64,000 nucleotides of DNA, from positions 8,451 through 72,450 of the forward strand of contig CAZVKH010000001.1 of NCBI GenBank assembly GCA_964627095.1, read 5' to 3'. Each line of letters starts with the position of its first letter. Position 1 is the stretch's first letter. Source of the stretch: an uncultured Candidatus Saccharibacteria bacterium. GTDB lineage: Bacteria; Patescibacteriota; Saccharimonadia; Saccharimonadales; JAUPVS01. This document shows, piece by piece, positions 35,571 through 46,390 of the stretch. Made by a program: the position numbers and the translations under genes. The notes under the pieces were generated by a model that worked only from the letters and a program-made list of their open reading frames with translations, made no database searches and was not told the origin of the DNA.

Positions 35571-36020
35571 ATGAAAGCACTGAACTTCAGTTTACAAGAT
35601 CAAGACGACCAGACACATTCTTTACAAGATTACCGCGGCCAGTGGGTGGTGATTTATTTCTACCCCAAGGATGACACGCCGGGTTGCACCACCGAAGCTT
35701 GCAGTTTTCGGGATGAATACGATTACATCAAAGAGCATGGCGCCGTGGTATTCGGCATCAGCAAAGACAGCGTCGCCAGCCACAAAAAGTTTGCCACAAA
35801 ATACAACCTACATTTTCCGCTACTTAGCGACGAGTCACTAGATACCATCAAGGCCTACGGTGCTTATGGCGAGCGGAGCATGTACGGCAAAAAGTACATG
35901 GGCATTATCCGCTCCACCTTCTTGATTAACCCAGATGGCGAGATCGTTAAAGAGTACCCTAAGGTAACTCCCAAGGATCATGCTGTTCAGATCGTAAAAG
36001 ACTTAGTCGCGCTTCAGTAA
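35571..36020 (+). CDS. bcp: peroxiredoxin Bcp
   Basis: FYPKDDTPGCTTEAC active site. ATG at 35571 preceded by AGGGGA. TATAAT at 35535..35540. Confidence 0.9.
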   Translation: MKALNFSLQDQDDQTHSLQDYRGQWVVIYFYPKDDTPGCTTEACSFRDEYDYIKEHGAVVFGISKDSVASHKKFATKYNLHFPLLSDESLDTIKAYGAYGERSMYGKKYMGIIRSTFLINPDGEIVKEYPKVTPKDHAVQIVKDLVALQ

Positions 36021-37784
36021 AACAGTGAAGGCTTCGGCCGGGATATCAACTTTACCAAAGCGTTTCATGCGCTTCTTTCCCTTAGCCTGTTTGGCCAGCA
36101 CCTTCTTTTTGCGCGATACGTCACCGCCATACAAACCAGTCGTGACGTCTTTACGGAAGGCGCTGATGTCTTCGCGGGCGATAAACTTACCGCCAATAGC
36201 AGCCTGCAAGGCCACCTGAAAGTTCTGGCGCGGGATAACTTCTTTAAGCTTTTCAACAACTTCCCGACCCAGTCGCTGGGCTTCGCTGCGGTGCACCATA
36301 ATACTTAGGGCGCTGACAATTTCGTTGGCAACATAAAAGTCCAGTCGTACCAGATCTTCGGCCCGGTAGTTGTCTAGCTCGTAGCTAAACGAACCGTAGC
36401 CACTGGTAACGCTCTTGAGCTGATCATAAAAGTCGGTTAGTAGGTTCGCCAAAGGTGCCTCGAATGACACCAATGCCAACTGGGCATCAACGAATGACAG
36501 ATTCTTTTGCTGACCGCGCTTACTAACAATCAGCTGGATAACGGCACCGACATAGTCTTTAGGCACGACAATCTCACCCTTAATCCAAGGTTCGCGAATT
36601 TCGGCTATCTTGGCGGGATCTGGTAAGTCGGCGGCGCTTTTTATACTTAATTCTTCGTCATTTAACAGGGTTATCTGGTAGTCGGTCGAGGGATTGGTTA
36701 CTACCAAGTCAAGATTGTACTCACGCTCCAGGCGTTCGCGCACAATATCCATGTGTAGCAGGCCCAAAAAGCCAACGCGCACGCCAAAACCCAACACCGG
36801 TGAGTTTTCGAGCTCGAACTGCAAGGCCGAGTCACTTAAACTTAGCTTTTCAATGGCATCTTTGAGCTCTTGGTAGTATTCGTTCGACTCGGGAAAGAAA
36901 CCAGCATACACAAACGGCTTAACGTCTTTATAGCCAGGCAACGATTGTTCGGCCGGACGTTTAGTTAGCGTAACGGTATCACCAACGCGGGCTTCACGCG
37001 TGCTCTTGAGGTTGGTAACGATGTAGCCAATCTCGCCGACTTCGAGCTGCTTATTGGGAGTCATCCCTGGAGTTAGAGCGCCGACTTCGAGGGCAATGCC
37101 TTCAGCGCCGGTGGCCATCATGGTAATTGGGGCGTTCTTAGCAACGTCGCCGTCGACTAGACGAACATACAAGATGACACCGCGGTAGTCATCGTAGTAG
37201 CTATCAAAAATTAAGGCCCGGGTGGAGTCGGTCATGCCGCCGACGGGTGCCGGTACTTCTTCGATAACCTTTTGTAAAACGGCTTCGACACCTTGGCCGG
37301 TTTTGGCCGAAATATGCAAAATCTCTTCGGCTGTGCAGCCCAATAGCGCAATAACTTCGGCGCTCACCCGATCCACGTCAGCCGCTGGTAGATCAATTTT
37401 GTTAAGTACCGGGATAATCTTGAGGTCGGCCGCCATAGCCAAATAGACGTTGGCCAGTGTTTGCGCCTGGATACCCTGGCTAGCATCAACCACCAGAATC
37501 GCCCCTTCGCAGGCTTCGAGGCTGCGCGAAACTTCGTAACTAAAGTCAACGTGCCCAGGAGTGTCGATGAGGTTAAGCTGGTAGCCCTGATAGTTCATCC
37601 GCACTGGGGCCAGCTTAATGGTAATACCCTTTTCTCTTTCTAGGTCCATCTTATCGAGTAACTGGGCTTTCATAGCCCGCTTCTCGACCGTTCCGGTCAA
37701 TTCCAATAGACGATCGGCCAAGGTCGATTTACCGTGGTCAATATGGGCAATTATGCAAAAGTTTCTAATCTGTTCTTGATCCAT
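36003..37784 (-). CDS. lepA: elongation factor 4 (LepA)
   Basis: IAHIDHGKST, DTPGH, NKID and the LepA-specific C-terminal domain. Confidence 0.95.
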   Translation of the reverse strand: MDQEQIRNFCIIAHIDHGKSTLADRLLELTGTVEKRAMKAQLLDKMDLEREKGITIKLAPVRMNYQGYQLNLIDTPGHVDFSYEVSRSLEACEGAILVVDASQGIQAQTLANVYLAMAADLKIIPVLNKIDLPAADVDRVSAEVIALLGCTAEEILHISAKTGQGVEAVLQKVIEEVPAPVGGMTDSTRALIFDSYYDDYRGVILYVRLVDGDVAKNAPITMMATGAEGIALEVGALTPGMTPNKQLEVGEIGYIVTNLKSTREARVGDTVTLTKRPAEQSLPGYKDVKPFVYAGFFPESNEYYQELKDAIEKLSLSDSALQFELENSPVLGFGVRVGFLGLLHMDIVRERLEREYNLDLVVTNPSTDYQITLLNDEELSIKSAADLPDPAKIAEIREPWIKGEIVVPKDYVGAVIQLIVSKRGQQKNLSFVDAQLALVSFEAPLANLLTDFYDQLKSVTSGYGSFSYELDNYRAEDLVRLDFYVANEIVSALSIMVHRSEAQRLGREVVEKLKEVIPRQNFQVALQAAIGGKFIAREDISAFRKDVTTGLYGGDVSRKKKVLAKQAKGKKRMKRFGKVDIPAEAFTVLLKRD

Positions 37785-37826
37785 TTGTCTTGCAGTATAA
37801 CAGAGGTCAACAGATATGGGTACTGT

Positions 37827-39416
37827 CTACTGGATTTTGACCGTACCTAGAACTATCTTTTTGGCCTTATCAACAATTGGCCGAACTTCTTCCAATCCGA
37901 ATATCCAAGAAACCGTGATGTGAACCATTAATGTAACTAATGAAATTGTTCCAAGCTTAACACCAAGCGTCACAAAACCTCGGTCTACTGTGGTTAACGG
38001 CAGTAGCGATATCATCATAAAGGCGGCTACCAGCGAGAATCCAGTGACGGCAATGATTTTGAAAATACCACCCCAGAAGTATTTATCAATAAGTTTTGGA
38101 TCACGCACCACCATCACCACAAATAGCAGCGCTACCTCGGCAGTTGCCACAATCGACTGAGCCAGAGCCAGGCCGGAAACCCCGTAAGAATCGTTGCGAG
38201 CCAGCGTAAAGGCTAGATATATGTTAAGTGCGATGGCGGCAATCGAACCAAGCAGCGGCGTTACCGTGTCCTTCTGAGCATAGAAGTATCGCGATACCAT
38301 GGCATAGATTGATCTAAAGAAGATGGCAACAACCAAGAAGCCAAAAATCAGGGCCACTTGTGGTGCCAGATTACCAAATATCAGACGCGCCAAGTAACCA
38401 CGCGCAAAGTAAGCTACAACGCAGACCGGCATCAGCAGCCAAATCATGGTACGCAAAATGCTGAGGAAGTCTTTACGGAATAGGTCAGGGCGGCCTTGAG
38501 CCAGGCGTTCGTTTAAACGCGGAAAGGCAGCGGTGGCGATTGAACTACCCAGCAGCATGATTGGCACGTTCATAAGGGTAACAGCATAGCTATAGTTACT
38601 AATTGAACCAATCCCTAGGTTATTGGCGCGGTTCAGCTCAACAACAGTATTAACCTGGTCGATACCTTGGTCCAGAGATCTGGGTGGCAGCTGCCGTAAA
38701 ACATGCCGAAAATCATTGTTCTTAAAGAATATTTTGGGAGTGTACTTAAATTTAAGTCCCGCCATACCCATCCAAGAAACGATCAGTTGTAATATACCAC
38801 CAATTACAGCGCCGACGGCCAGGCCAACGATACCCATACTATCTTTAAATATGTAGATACTCGCAATCACCGAAGCGTTATAGATAAGTGGGCCTATTGC
38901 GTAGAAGAAGAAACGACCAAAGGTCTGCTGCACGCTAGTGACGATTCCAGCCAGAGTAAAGAATAATGGGTTCAACGAAATTAGCCGCAGCATTAGTACG
39001 GCTTCGTTCAAGTTTTGCTCAGGTAATTTTGGATAGAGCGCGCTGATGAGTGGCTGGGCAAACACGAACAGAATCACCGCCACGATTACCATGGCGATGG
39101 TTAGTAAGTTTATGATGCTGCTTGTTATTGCCCACAAGTGCTTCTTGTCGCCAGCCTCGAGCCGTTCGGCCAAAACCGGCATAAAGGCCACACCCAAAGC
39201 ACCTGCGGCAATAGTGTAAAAGAAGAAATCTGGAATCTGGAAGGCCGCAAAGAAAGCATCGGTTGAGCCAATTTGTGACGGTGCATTCCAGTTGGCGCTA
39301 ACTAACCGGTTGCGCAAGAAACCAAGTAATTGACCAGCCAGAGTAACCACGAATAGCAATGTGGCGGCACTGCCAAAGCTAACGCGCGAGTTGGCACGGT
39401 TCTTGAGTTTATTCAT
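37827..39416 (-). CDS. murJ: lipid II flippase MurJ (MviN)
   Basis: 14-helix MOP-family protein with MurJ-like N-terminal motifs. TATAAT lies 8 nt upstream of the ATG. Confidence 0.85.
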   Translation of the reverse strand: MNKLKNRANSRVSFGSAATLLFVVTLAGQLLGFLRNRLVSANWNAPSQIGSTDAFFAAFQIPDFFFYTIAAGALGVAFMPVLAERLEAGDKKHLWAITSSIINLLTIAMVIVAVILFVFAQPLISALYPKLPEQNLNEAVLMLRLISLNPLFFTLAGIVTSVQQTFGRFFFYAIGPLIYNASVIASIYIFKDSMGIVGLAVGAVIGGILQLIVSWMGMAGLKFKYTPKIFFKNNDFRHVLRQLPPRSLDQGIDQVNTVVELNRANNLGIGSISNYSYAVTLMNVPIMLLGSSIATAAFPRLNERLAQGRPDLFRKDFLSILRTMIWLLMPVCVVAYFARGYLARLIFGNLAPQVALIFGFLVVAIFFRSIYAMVSRYFYAQKDTVTPLLGSIAAIALNIYLAFTLARNDSYGVSGLALAQSIVATAEVALLFVVMVVRDPKLIDKYFWGGIFKIIAVTGFSLVAAFMMISLLPLTTVDRGFVTLGVKLGTISLVTLMVHITVSWIFGLEEVRPIVDKAKKIVLGTVKIQ

Positions 39417-39472
39417 CGTTTCTAATTATAGGTACAAGCGCCCTAATTAGAAACCTTGTTTTTTAGTTGCGG

Positions 39473-41356
39473 CTAGTAAAGAGCGGCTTCGGTAGGCATC
39501 TTAGCGCCTTTTAAGATTTCGATGACTTCGGGGGCATCAACCGTCTCTTTTTCGAGCAAGGCTTTCTTGAGTGCTTCTAGCTTGTCTTTATTTGACTTAA
39601 TGACTAGCTTGGCGCGACGGGCGGCTTCGGATATCAATGACTCAATTTCATCGTCAATAATCTTGGCGGTGTCTTCGGAGTACTGACGTTCGTGCATTAG
39701 TTTGTCCATCATAATACCTTCATCGGTGTGGAAGACTTGGTTGCGCAGCTTACCGCTACCCATACCTTGGTTAACAATCATGTCGCGCGCTAGGTCGGCG
39801 GCGGCTGGGAGGTCTGAACCAGCTCCAGTGGTAACGTGATCAGGCCCGTACATAATTTCTTCGGCAATGCGGCCACCCAACATACGTGCCAGGACGTCTT
39901 TAAATTCAACAATGCTGTGATAACTTTTATCTTCGGGTGGGATAGACCAGGTGACACCGCCGGTACCGCCTCGGGGGATAATCGTGACCTTGTGAATAGG
40001 ATCGCTGTCCGGCAAGATGTGACCGACAATGGCGTGGCCGGCTTCGTGGTAGGCCGTCATTTCTTTTTCTTTTTCGCTCATAATCTTGCTCTTGCGCTCG
40101 GGGCCGATGGCAATCTTTTCAAAGGCACCAGTTACATCGGATTGAGTGATTTCTTTTTTGTTATGGCGGGCAGCCAAAATGGCGGCTTCGTTAGCAATAT
40201 TAGCCAAGTCAGCACCAGACGAACCGGCTGATTTTGCGGCTAGGGCATCGAGGTCAACCGACTTAGACAGTGGTTTCTTTTGGAAATGAACTTTTAGGAT
40301 AGCTTCACGGTCTTTGCGATCGGGCAAACCAATATTAACGCGCCGGTCAAACCGACCAGGTCGTAGAAGAGCTGGGTCAAGTACATCGGCGCGGTTGGTA
40401 GCGGCTAAGACAATGACGTTCTGGCCTTGTTCAAAGCCGTCCATTTCTACCAAGATCTGGTTAAGGGTTTGTTCACGTTCGTCGTGTCCACCACCCATAC
40501 CAGAACCACGCTTACGCCCCACGGCATCAATTTCATCAACAAAGATAATACATGGTGAGTTCTTTTTGGCTTTAGCAAATAAGTCACGGACGCGGCTGGC
40601 ACCGACACCAACAAACATTTCAACAAACTCAGAACCAGAAATACTAAAGAAGGGCACGTTGGCTTCGCCGGCGACAGCTCGGGCCAACATCGTCTTACCG
40701 GTACCAGGAGGCCCCACTAGTAATACGCCCTTAGGAATCTTGGCACCAACGCCTTCGAACTTTTTGGGGAACTTTAGGAATTCGACGACTTCTTCGAGGT
40801 CTTGTTTGGCTTCGTCGCTACCGGCAACTTTTTTAAAAGTTACCTTATCTTTTTCGTTGCCATACAAACGAGCCTTGCTCTTACCAAAGCTCATTGCTTG
40901 GTTACCCTGGCCTTGGGCGCTACGCAACATAAAGAACAGTACACCGCTAATTAATATGACTGGCAATATACCGCTTAATAGTGATACCCACAGGCTACCA
41001 GTATTAGGATCGGGTTGCGGGTTAACGGTTAGGCCTTCGACGTCCTTATTCAGCCCCTGGTCGTAAATGCTTGAGCCGGCTTCTTTATAGGACTGTTCGG
41101 TAGGCTTATCTTGATCTTTCTTAGTGACAAGCACTTCGTTGCCCTTGATAGTTAGCTCTTTAGTTTGGCCGGCATTGGCTTCTTCGACCACCTTAGACAA
41201 GGGAACTTTGGTGAGTTTGCTCGGTTGATTGTAGGCAGCAAAAACTACCATACCAAACAAAATAATTATGGCCACTAAAGCTAGGTTTTTGAGGCCACGC
41301 TTACCGGCGCTCGGCTTTTGGGGGCTACGAGAATTTCGAAAAGGTTTTTTATCCAT
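39473..41356 (-). CDS. ftsH: ATP-dependent zinc metalloprotease FtsH
   Basis: GPPGTGKT, the SRH region and the HEAGHA zinc site. Confidence 0.95.
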   Translation of the reverse strand: MDKKPFRNSRSPQKPSAGKRGLKNLALVAIIILFGMVVFAAYNQPSKLTKVPLSKVVEEANAGQTKELTIKGNEVLVTKKDQDKPTEQSYKEAGSSIYDQGLNKDVEGLTVNPQPDPNTGSLWVSLLSGILPVILISGVLFFMLRSAQGQGNQAMSFGKSKARLYGNEKDKVTFKKVAGSDEAKQDLEEVVEFLKFPKKFEGVGAKIPKGVLLVGPPGTGKTMLARAVAGEANVPFFSISGSEFVEMFVGVGASRVRDLFAKAKKNSPCIIFVDEIDAVGRKRGSGMGGGHDEREQTLNQILVEMDGFEQGQNVIVLAATNRADVLDPALLRPGRFDRRVNIGLPDRKDREAILKVHFQKKPLSKSVDLDALAAKSAGSSGADLANIANEAAILAARHNKKEITQSDVTGAFEKIAIGPERKSKIMSEKEKEMTAYHEAGHAIVGHILPDSDPIHKVTIIPRGGTGGVTWSIPPEDKSYHSIVEFKDVLARMLGGRIAEEIMYGPDHVTTGAGSDLPAAADLARDMIVNQGMGSGKLRNQVFHTDEGIMMDKLMHERQYSEDTAKIIDDEIESLISEAARRAKLVIKSNKDKLEALKKALLEKETVDAPEVIEILKGAKMPTEAALY

Positions 41357-41393
41357 GTACGTATTCTAGTATATCTTCTTGAAAGGCAGAAAT

Positions 41394-42278
41394 CTAGCGG
41401 TCTGGTCGACCGAGTGCTAAGTGCTTAGCTTGAACGTCCAAGTAGTAGCCAGCACTGATATCGGCCCGCTTGTGGGACTGGTAGGTCTTAGCTGCCACCA
41501 CCAAGCGCTCCAGTGTTTTTTTATCAAATTCGACTTGATGTGAGCGCAACCAACTTGCCAAAACCTCTTTGGCAACATTGTGCGGTAAATGCACAAACCA
41601 TGCTCGGTCAATCTTGTCGGTGGCTGGCTGAATATGAAGTTGTACCGCCAGAAGTTGTTCCAACTCTTGGTTGGTGCGATGGGCCGACTGGATGTGGTCT
41701 AAAAGTTGCTGCCGCTGCGCCGCCGTAAACTTGTTGGTAATGTTTTGGCGAACATAGTTACGCAAGTAGGTATCATCCGAATTGGTACTATCTTCGCGCC
41801 ATCTGATATTGTGCGCCTGGGCGTAGTCTTTAATCTGTTGTTTATCGTAACTAAGTAAAGGGCGGACTACAACATCGGTGCTTTTGAGCGAACTTAAACC
41901 CCTGCGGCCAGTTCCGCGCAGCAAGTTAATAATGGCTGTTTCGAGCATATCGTCTTGATGATGAGCGGTAATAATTGACTGAGCGCCAGACGCTTGCCGC
42001 ACCTTATGCAAGAATTCATAACGCGCCCGTCGTGCCAATGCTTCGCTGGCGCCAGCGCCAAGTTCACCCTTGTGGTAGGCAAATGGTATCTGGTGAGAAC
42101 GTGTTACATCCTGGATTAGCAGACGATCCTGATGGGAATCATCACGAATGCCATGGTCAAAATGCGCCACTGTAATGCGTACATCCGGCTGCTGGCGCAG
42201 AATATCAAGTAGTACCATTGAGTCGACACCACCCGAAACAGCTAGCACGTAGTGGCCGCTAGGGACATGAATATTCAT
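41394..42278 (-). CDS. tilS: tRNA(Ile)-lysidine synthase TilS
   Basis: PP-loop SGGVDS near the N-terminus, AHH.DD and TilS-type architecture. Confidence 0.85.
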   Translation of the reverse strand: MNIHVPSGHYVLAVSGGVDSMVLLDILRQQPDVRITVAHFDHGIRDDSHQDRLLIQDVTRSHQIPFAYHKGELGAGASEALARRARYEFLHKVRQASGAQSIITAHHQDDMLETAIINLLRGTGRRGLSSLKSTDVVVRPLLSYDKQQIKDYAQAHNIRWREDSTNSDDTYLRNYVRQNITNKFTAAQRQQLLDHIQSAHRTNQELEQLLAVQLHIQPATDKIDRAWFVHLPHNVAKEVLASWLRSHQVEFDKKTLERLVVAAKTYQSHKRADISAGYYLDVQAKHLALGRPDR

Positions 42279-42313
42279 ACTCCTATCTTATCAGGTGTGC
42301 TATAATTTGCATT

Positions 42314-42874
42314 ATGTCAGAAATATTGGCTGGATTCGTTGGCAACCCCAGTTCGGGCAAGTCTCGCTTAACCTCGCATTTGTCTACCACACTGGAGATT
42401 CCTCGAGTTACCGGGTCGGACATTATCAAAGGCTGGGCCTTAGAACGTGGCGTGTCTTTAAACAAACGCCCCGACTTTACAGCTTTTCAGCTTAGAATGC
42501 GCCAGGAACTTGGGCCGAATTGTCTAATGCAAGCGATGCTTACTCATCGCAACGAGGCCGGCCTGATTATCGATGGTCTTAGAAACATACAGGACTACAA
42601 TATGTTTAAAGAAGAGGGCGGACTAACTATCGCCACCTGGTGTCCACTAACCGAAAGGTTTAGACGCGCCCAAGAGGATGGCGATCAAAAAAATGCTATT
42701 TGCTCAATCGAACAATTCCAGCAGGCCGAGGCAGTCGAATATGCCGACGCTAGCCTCGTCGGACAGCACACCGTAACAATAATGCAGATGGCCGATGTCT
42801 CAGTTGACGCCTCCAGCCCCCTTGACAGGGTTCGGGCTGAAGTTGAAGCACTCTTGCTAGCATCTGCCAGCTAG
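42314..42874 (+). CDS. P-loop kinase-like protein (unassigned)
   Basis: GNPSSGKS P-loop. TGcTATAAT (42298..42306) lies 7 nt upstream of the ATG. Confidence 0.45.
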   Translation: MSEILAGFVGNPSSGKSRLTSHLSTTLEIPRVTGSDIIKGWALERGVSLNKRPDFTAFQLRMRQELGPNCLMQAMLTHRNEAGLIIDGLRNIQDYNMFKEEGGLTIATWCPLTERFRRAQEDGDQKNAICSIEQFQQAEAVEYADASLVGQHTVTIMQMADVSVDASSPLDRVRAEVEALLLASAS

Positions 42875-44172
42875 TTACTTACTTGGCTGGGCGAACTGCC
42901 CCTTGGGTAGACAACCAGATCCTGGCTCGATTTTTCCCAAGCTGCTTGGATCGGCGCCAGTACGCGCCAGCTTTCTAGCACCTCATCACTAGTAGCAAAC
43001 AGGGTGTGGTCGGACTTCATGGCGTCAACAAAGACGCGTTCGTAGGCATCGGCCAGACGGTCTTCAAAATGATGCTTGTAGTGGAAAGATAGCGGGTGCT
43101 GTTCAATTTGCCAGGCATAGCCCGGTTTCTTAACCCACAACCCTACACAAACCGCTTCGTCGGGCTGAATTCGTAGGGTTAGTAAGTTGGCTTCGGTATT
43201 GCCTTCGCCTTTGTAGGCGACACGGATTTCGGTGTAGTCGTCATCCATCGACTTGCCGGTGGTAAGCTTGATTGGCATTCCCTCCCAACGAGGATCTTTG
43301 GACTCCAACTGAACCGAAACAAAAGTTTCGACATTGCTGTCAGGGTTTTTTACTTCATCTTTATAGCCATCGTACTGGGCGCGCACGGCTTTAGTAGCTG
43401 GCACCAATTTTTTAAGTGCCTCGCGGCGTAAGCGCGGAATGCTTTTCCAGTCATCAAGCTTTGGTAGCTCCATAAGAGTTAAGGCAAGGAGTTGCAAAAG
43501 ATGGCTTTGCACCAAGTCACGCAAAGCACCGGTTTGTTCATAAAAGTGAGCCCGGCCTTCTATACCAATCTTTTGGCAGGCCACTACCTCTATATTGGCA
43601 ATGAATTCACTGCTCCAGGTTTGGGCAAAGACCGGATTAGCCGACCGGAAAACTACCAAGTTTTGGGCCATTTCTTTGGCCAGATAATGATCGATTCTAT
43701 AGACCTGGTCTTCTTTAAAATGCTTGTCGAGATCTTTAACCAGCTTTTCTGCCGAAGCCAGGTCGGTTCCAAATGGTTTTTCTAATAACAGCTTGGTGTC
43801 GGTCTTTTCGGCTAGTCCGGTTTGGCCAAGATGCTCAATCACACCCAAGGCGGCACTGGGCGGTACCGACAAATAGAACAGTCGCTGAGCCGAACCACCT
43901 AATGATCGTTCGATACCTTCTAGCTGTGTGGCTAGATTGTGATAATCTTGCTTGCTATCTAGGTCCATCTGACGCAGTTCAAGGTGGTGCTCCCAAAATT
44001 CGTCGGCGTCTGGAGCGACATCAGCTAACTTAAGATGGCGCCGTGATATACCAATGATGCGAAAAGCCTCGGGCAGAGCCTTGGCCTGAGCAATCTCGCG
44101 AATCGCTGGCAGTAACTTGCGCTGAGCCAGATCGCCGCTAATACCAACAATAACTAAAATGGTTGGTTTCAT
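42871..44172 (-). CDS. zwf: glucose-6-phosphate dehydrogenase
   Basis: GISGDLA..KL.PA, RIDHYLAKE and the EKP motif. Confidence 0.9.
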   Translation of the reverse strand: MKPTILVIVGISGDLAQRKLLPAIREIAQAKALPEAFRIIGISRRHLKLADVAPDADEFWEHHLELRQMDLDSKQDYHNLATQLEGIERSLGGSAQRLFYLSVPPSAALGVIEHLGQTGLAEKTDTKLLLEKPFGTDLASAEKLVKDLDKHFKEDQVYRIDHYLAKEMAQNLVVFRSANPVFAQTWSSEFIANIEVVACQKIGIEGRAHFYEQTGALRDLVQSHLLQLLALTLMELPKLDDWKSIPRLRREALKKLVPATKAVRAQYDGYKDEVKNPDSNVETFVSVQLESKDPRWEGMPIKLTTGKSMDDDYTEIRVAYKGEGNTEANLLTLRIQPDEAVCVGLWVKKPGYAWQIEQHPLSFHYKHHFEDRLADAYERVFVDAMKSDHTLFATSDEVLESWRVLAPIQAAWEKSSQDLVVYPRGSSPSQVSN

Positions 44173-45071
44173 TTATTTAACTCGTGTCCGCCAAATTTAT
44201 TACGCATCGCCGCGAGTAATTTAGTAGCAAAGTTAGTTTCGCCTTTTTGCGAGGCTAGTCGCACATCAAACGAGGTCTGAATCGCTGGCAGTGGAATACC
44301 CAAATCTTTAGCCGTTTCGAGTGTCCAACGGGCTTCGCCCGACTCGGCCACAAAGCCGTCGATGCCGTCTAGGTTGGGGTTTTCGGCCAAGGCTGCCTGC
44401 GAAAGTTCATTAAGCCAAGACGTTACCACGCTATGGTGCTGCCAAACGTTGCCGGCTGCTGCCAGGTCAAGATCTTTGTAGGCACCTTCTTTAAGCATCC
44501 GGTAGCCTTCGGCCAAACTTTCCATCATGCCGTATTCAACGGCGTTATGGACCATCTTAACGTAGTGACCAGAGCCACTCGGACCAAAATGGAAGTAAGC
44601 GCCTTCTGGTTGCGCTAGGGTTTTAAGGACTGGTTCAATTACAGCCACGCCGGCTTTGTCACCACCGACCATCATCGAAAAGCCGTTTTGGTAACCCCAA
44701 ACGCCACCACTAGTACCAACATCAAGCAATAACGAACCTTGGCTAGCTACTAACTCGGCCCGTTTTTGCGTTAAGCGGAAGTCGGAATTACCACCGTCTA
44801 CCAAGACACTTCCCTTAGGTACCAACTTAAGCCAATCATTAATTGTTTCGTCCATAATCTCGGCCGGTAGCATAATCCACAGCACCACCGGCTCATCACC
44901 AAAGGCAGCCACCACATCTTGTGGGCTCGGGGCAGTAGTTGCACCGTAGCCAACGGCTTCATCAATTGGCCCTTGACTACGATTATGAGCAATTACCTCG
45001 TGACCATTTTCACTTAGCTTGCGAGAAATTTGCATACCCATGCGGCCTAGGCCAGCGATTGCGATTTTCAT
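44169..45071 (-). CDS. gnd: 6-phosphogluconate dehydrogenase, short (decarboxylating, GndA-like) form
   Basis: GLGRMG Rossmann N-terminus, VDGGNS and GSGHYVKMVHN. Confidence 0.85.
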   Translation of the reverse strand: MKIAIAGLGRMGMQISRKLSENGHEVIAHNRSQGPIDEAVGYGATTAPSPQDVVAAFGDEPVVLWIMLPAEIMDETINDWLKLVPKGSVLVDGGNSDFRLTQKRAELVASQGSLLLDVGTSGGVWGYQNGFSMMVGGDKAGVAVIEPVLKTLAQPEGAYFHFGPSGSGHYVKMVHNAVEYGMMESLAEGYRMLKEGAYKDLDLAAAGNVWQHHSVVTSWLNELSQAALAENPNLDGIDGFVAESGEARWTLETAKDLGIPLPAIQTSFDVRLASQKGETNFATKLLAAMRNKFGGHELNK

Positions 45072-45730
45072 ACGGTGTCTCCTGTTTGGTCATTAAAAAT
45101 TGTGAGCTTGGGAACTTGTTTAAGGGCTTGGGCCGGCTGGTCGGTAATTGGTAAATCTTGCTGAAGTCGCTCTAGTTGAGGAAGCTTGGCCTCGCCCATG
45201 GCATAGACTACGGCCTCACTAAGTGCCGCTATGGCCGGTGCCGTCATGGTAATTCTTTGGTAATCGCCGTTATCAAATGAAGCCGCCCATTCGGTGGCAG
45301 TAACGGCTGGGCTACCCGGAATAATACCGGCGGTGTGGCCATCCGGACCAATCCCAAATAGACCAACACAGTAAGCCGCACCTTGGCAGAATTCTTGAAG
45401 GTGCTGAGCATATTCAGTGGTTGTTTGGCTACGATCATGGCCGTGTAAAACTGGTACGGCGGTGGCGCCTGGCAAGTTAAAGCCAGCGTCTTTGAGCTGC
45501 TGCCAATTAGAATCACTATGCCCCACCGGGCCAAAACGTTCGTCAGTTAAGGTGACGGTAAGATTTTCTAGGTTGGCGTCTTGGAGTCTTTGAGATACCG
45601 CTACGGCTACGGCAATGGCTGATCCACCCGGAACCAACCAAAGCACCTTACCCTCGCCCAGCTTTTGACGAAACACCCCCGCCAGGTAAGTGACAACCGA
45701 TTCATCATTGGTGACTTTGTACAGCTGCAT
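45068..45730 (-). CDS. pgl: 6-phosphogluconolactonase
   Basis: VPGGS, DERF and GIGPDGHTA motifs of the Pgl/NagB family. Confidence 0.75.
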   Translation of the reverse strand: MQLYKVTNDESVVTYLAGVFRQKLGEGKVLWLVPGGSAIAVAVAVSQRLQDANLENLTVTLTDERFGPVGHSDSNWQQLKDAGFNLPGATAVPVLHGHDRSQTTTEYAQHLQEFCQGAAYCVGLFGIGPDGHTAGIIPGSPAVTATEWAASFDNGDYQRITMTAPAIAALSEAVVYAMGEAKLPQLERLQQDLPITDQPAQALKQVPKLTIFNDQTGDTV

Positions 45731-45758
45731 TGTGTACTCAGTATATTACAATGAGGCT

Positions 45759-46373
45759 ATGAAACTAGCGGTTATTGGGGCAAACGGTAAAACCGGTCGC
45801 GTGTTTGTACGGACCGCCCTAGAATCCGGCCATACTGTTACGGCCGCCGTCCACCGTCACAATTCCCTACCCAGCCATCCAAATCTTGTCATTAGGCAGG
45901 TTGACGCCACCAAGCCGGACGATATGAACGACCTGGTAAACGGTCAAGATGCCGTGATTAGCCTAATCGGTCACGGCTTAAAAACTCCACCCAATGTTCA
46001 GACTGACGCTATCAAGGCGATCGCCAAGGCCATGACTAAAAACCAAAAGCTAATCAGCCTCACCGGCACTGGTGTGCGCCAACCAGGTGACCACATTGCA
46101 ATCTTTGACCGTCTACTAAACGAACCCCTGGCATTAGTTATGAAAACTATGGTTCAGGACGGGCGTAATCACCTGGCCGCCCTGGAACAAAGCCAAGTAG
46201 ATTGGACAGTGCTGCGTGCTCTAAAACTAACCAACCGGCGCAAACATAGCTTTCAGCTGCTAGTAAACGGCCCGGCAAGATTATTTGTGTCACGAGCCAC
46301 CGTGGCTCAGGCCATTCTTGATGTTCTAAAACAAAAAAGTTTCTCGCGCCAAGCACCAATTATTGGCAAATAA
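45759..46373 (+). CDS. NAD(P)H-binding NmrA/BVR-B-like protein
   Basis: MKLAVIGANGKTG Rossmann start preceded by GAGG. Confidence 0.65.
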   Translation: MKLAVIGANGKTGRVFVRTALESGHTVTAAVHRHNSLPSHPNLVIRQVDATKPDDMNDLVNGQDAVISLIGHGLKTPPNVQTDAIKAIAKAMTKNQKLISLTGTGVRQPGDHIAIFDRLLNEPLALVMKTMVQDGRNHLAALEQSQVDWTVLRALKLTNRRKHSFQLLVNGPARLFVSRATVAQAILDVLKQKSFSRQAPIIGK

Positions 46374-46390
46374 TCAGGTACACTAAAGCC

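Noticed and set aside
40314-41066. 250-aa ORF antisense to ftsH
   Set aside because: It lies entirely inside the strongly conserved ftsH reading frame. Its Pro/Ser/Arg-rich composition is typical of antisense translation.
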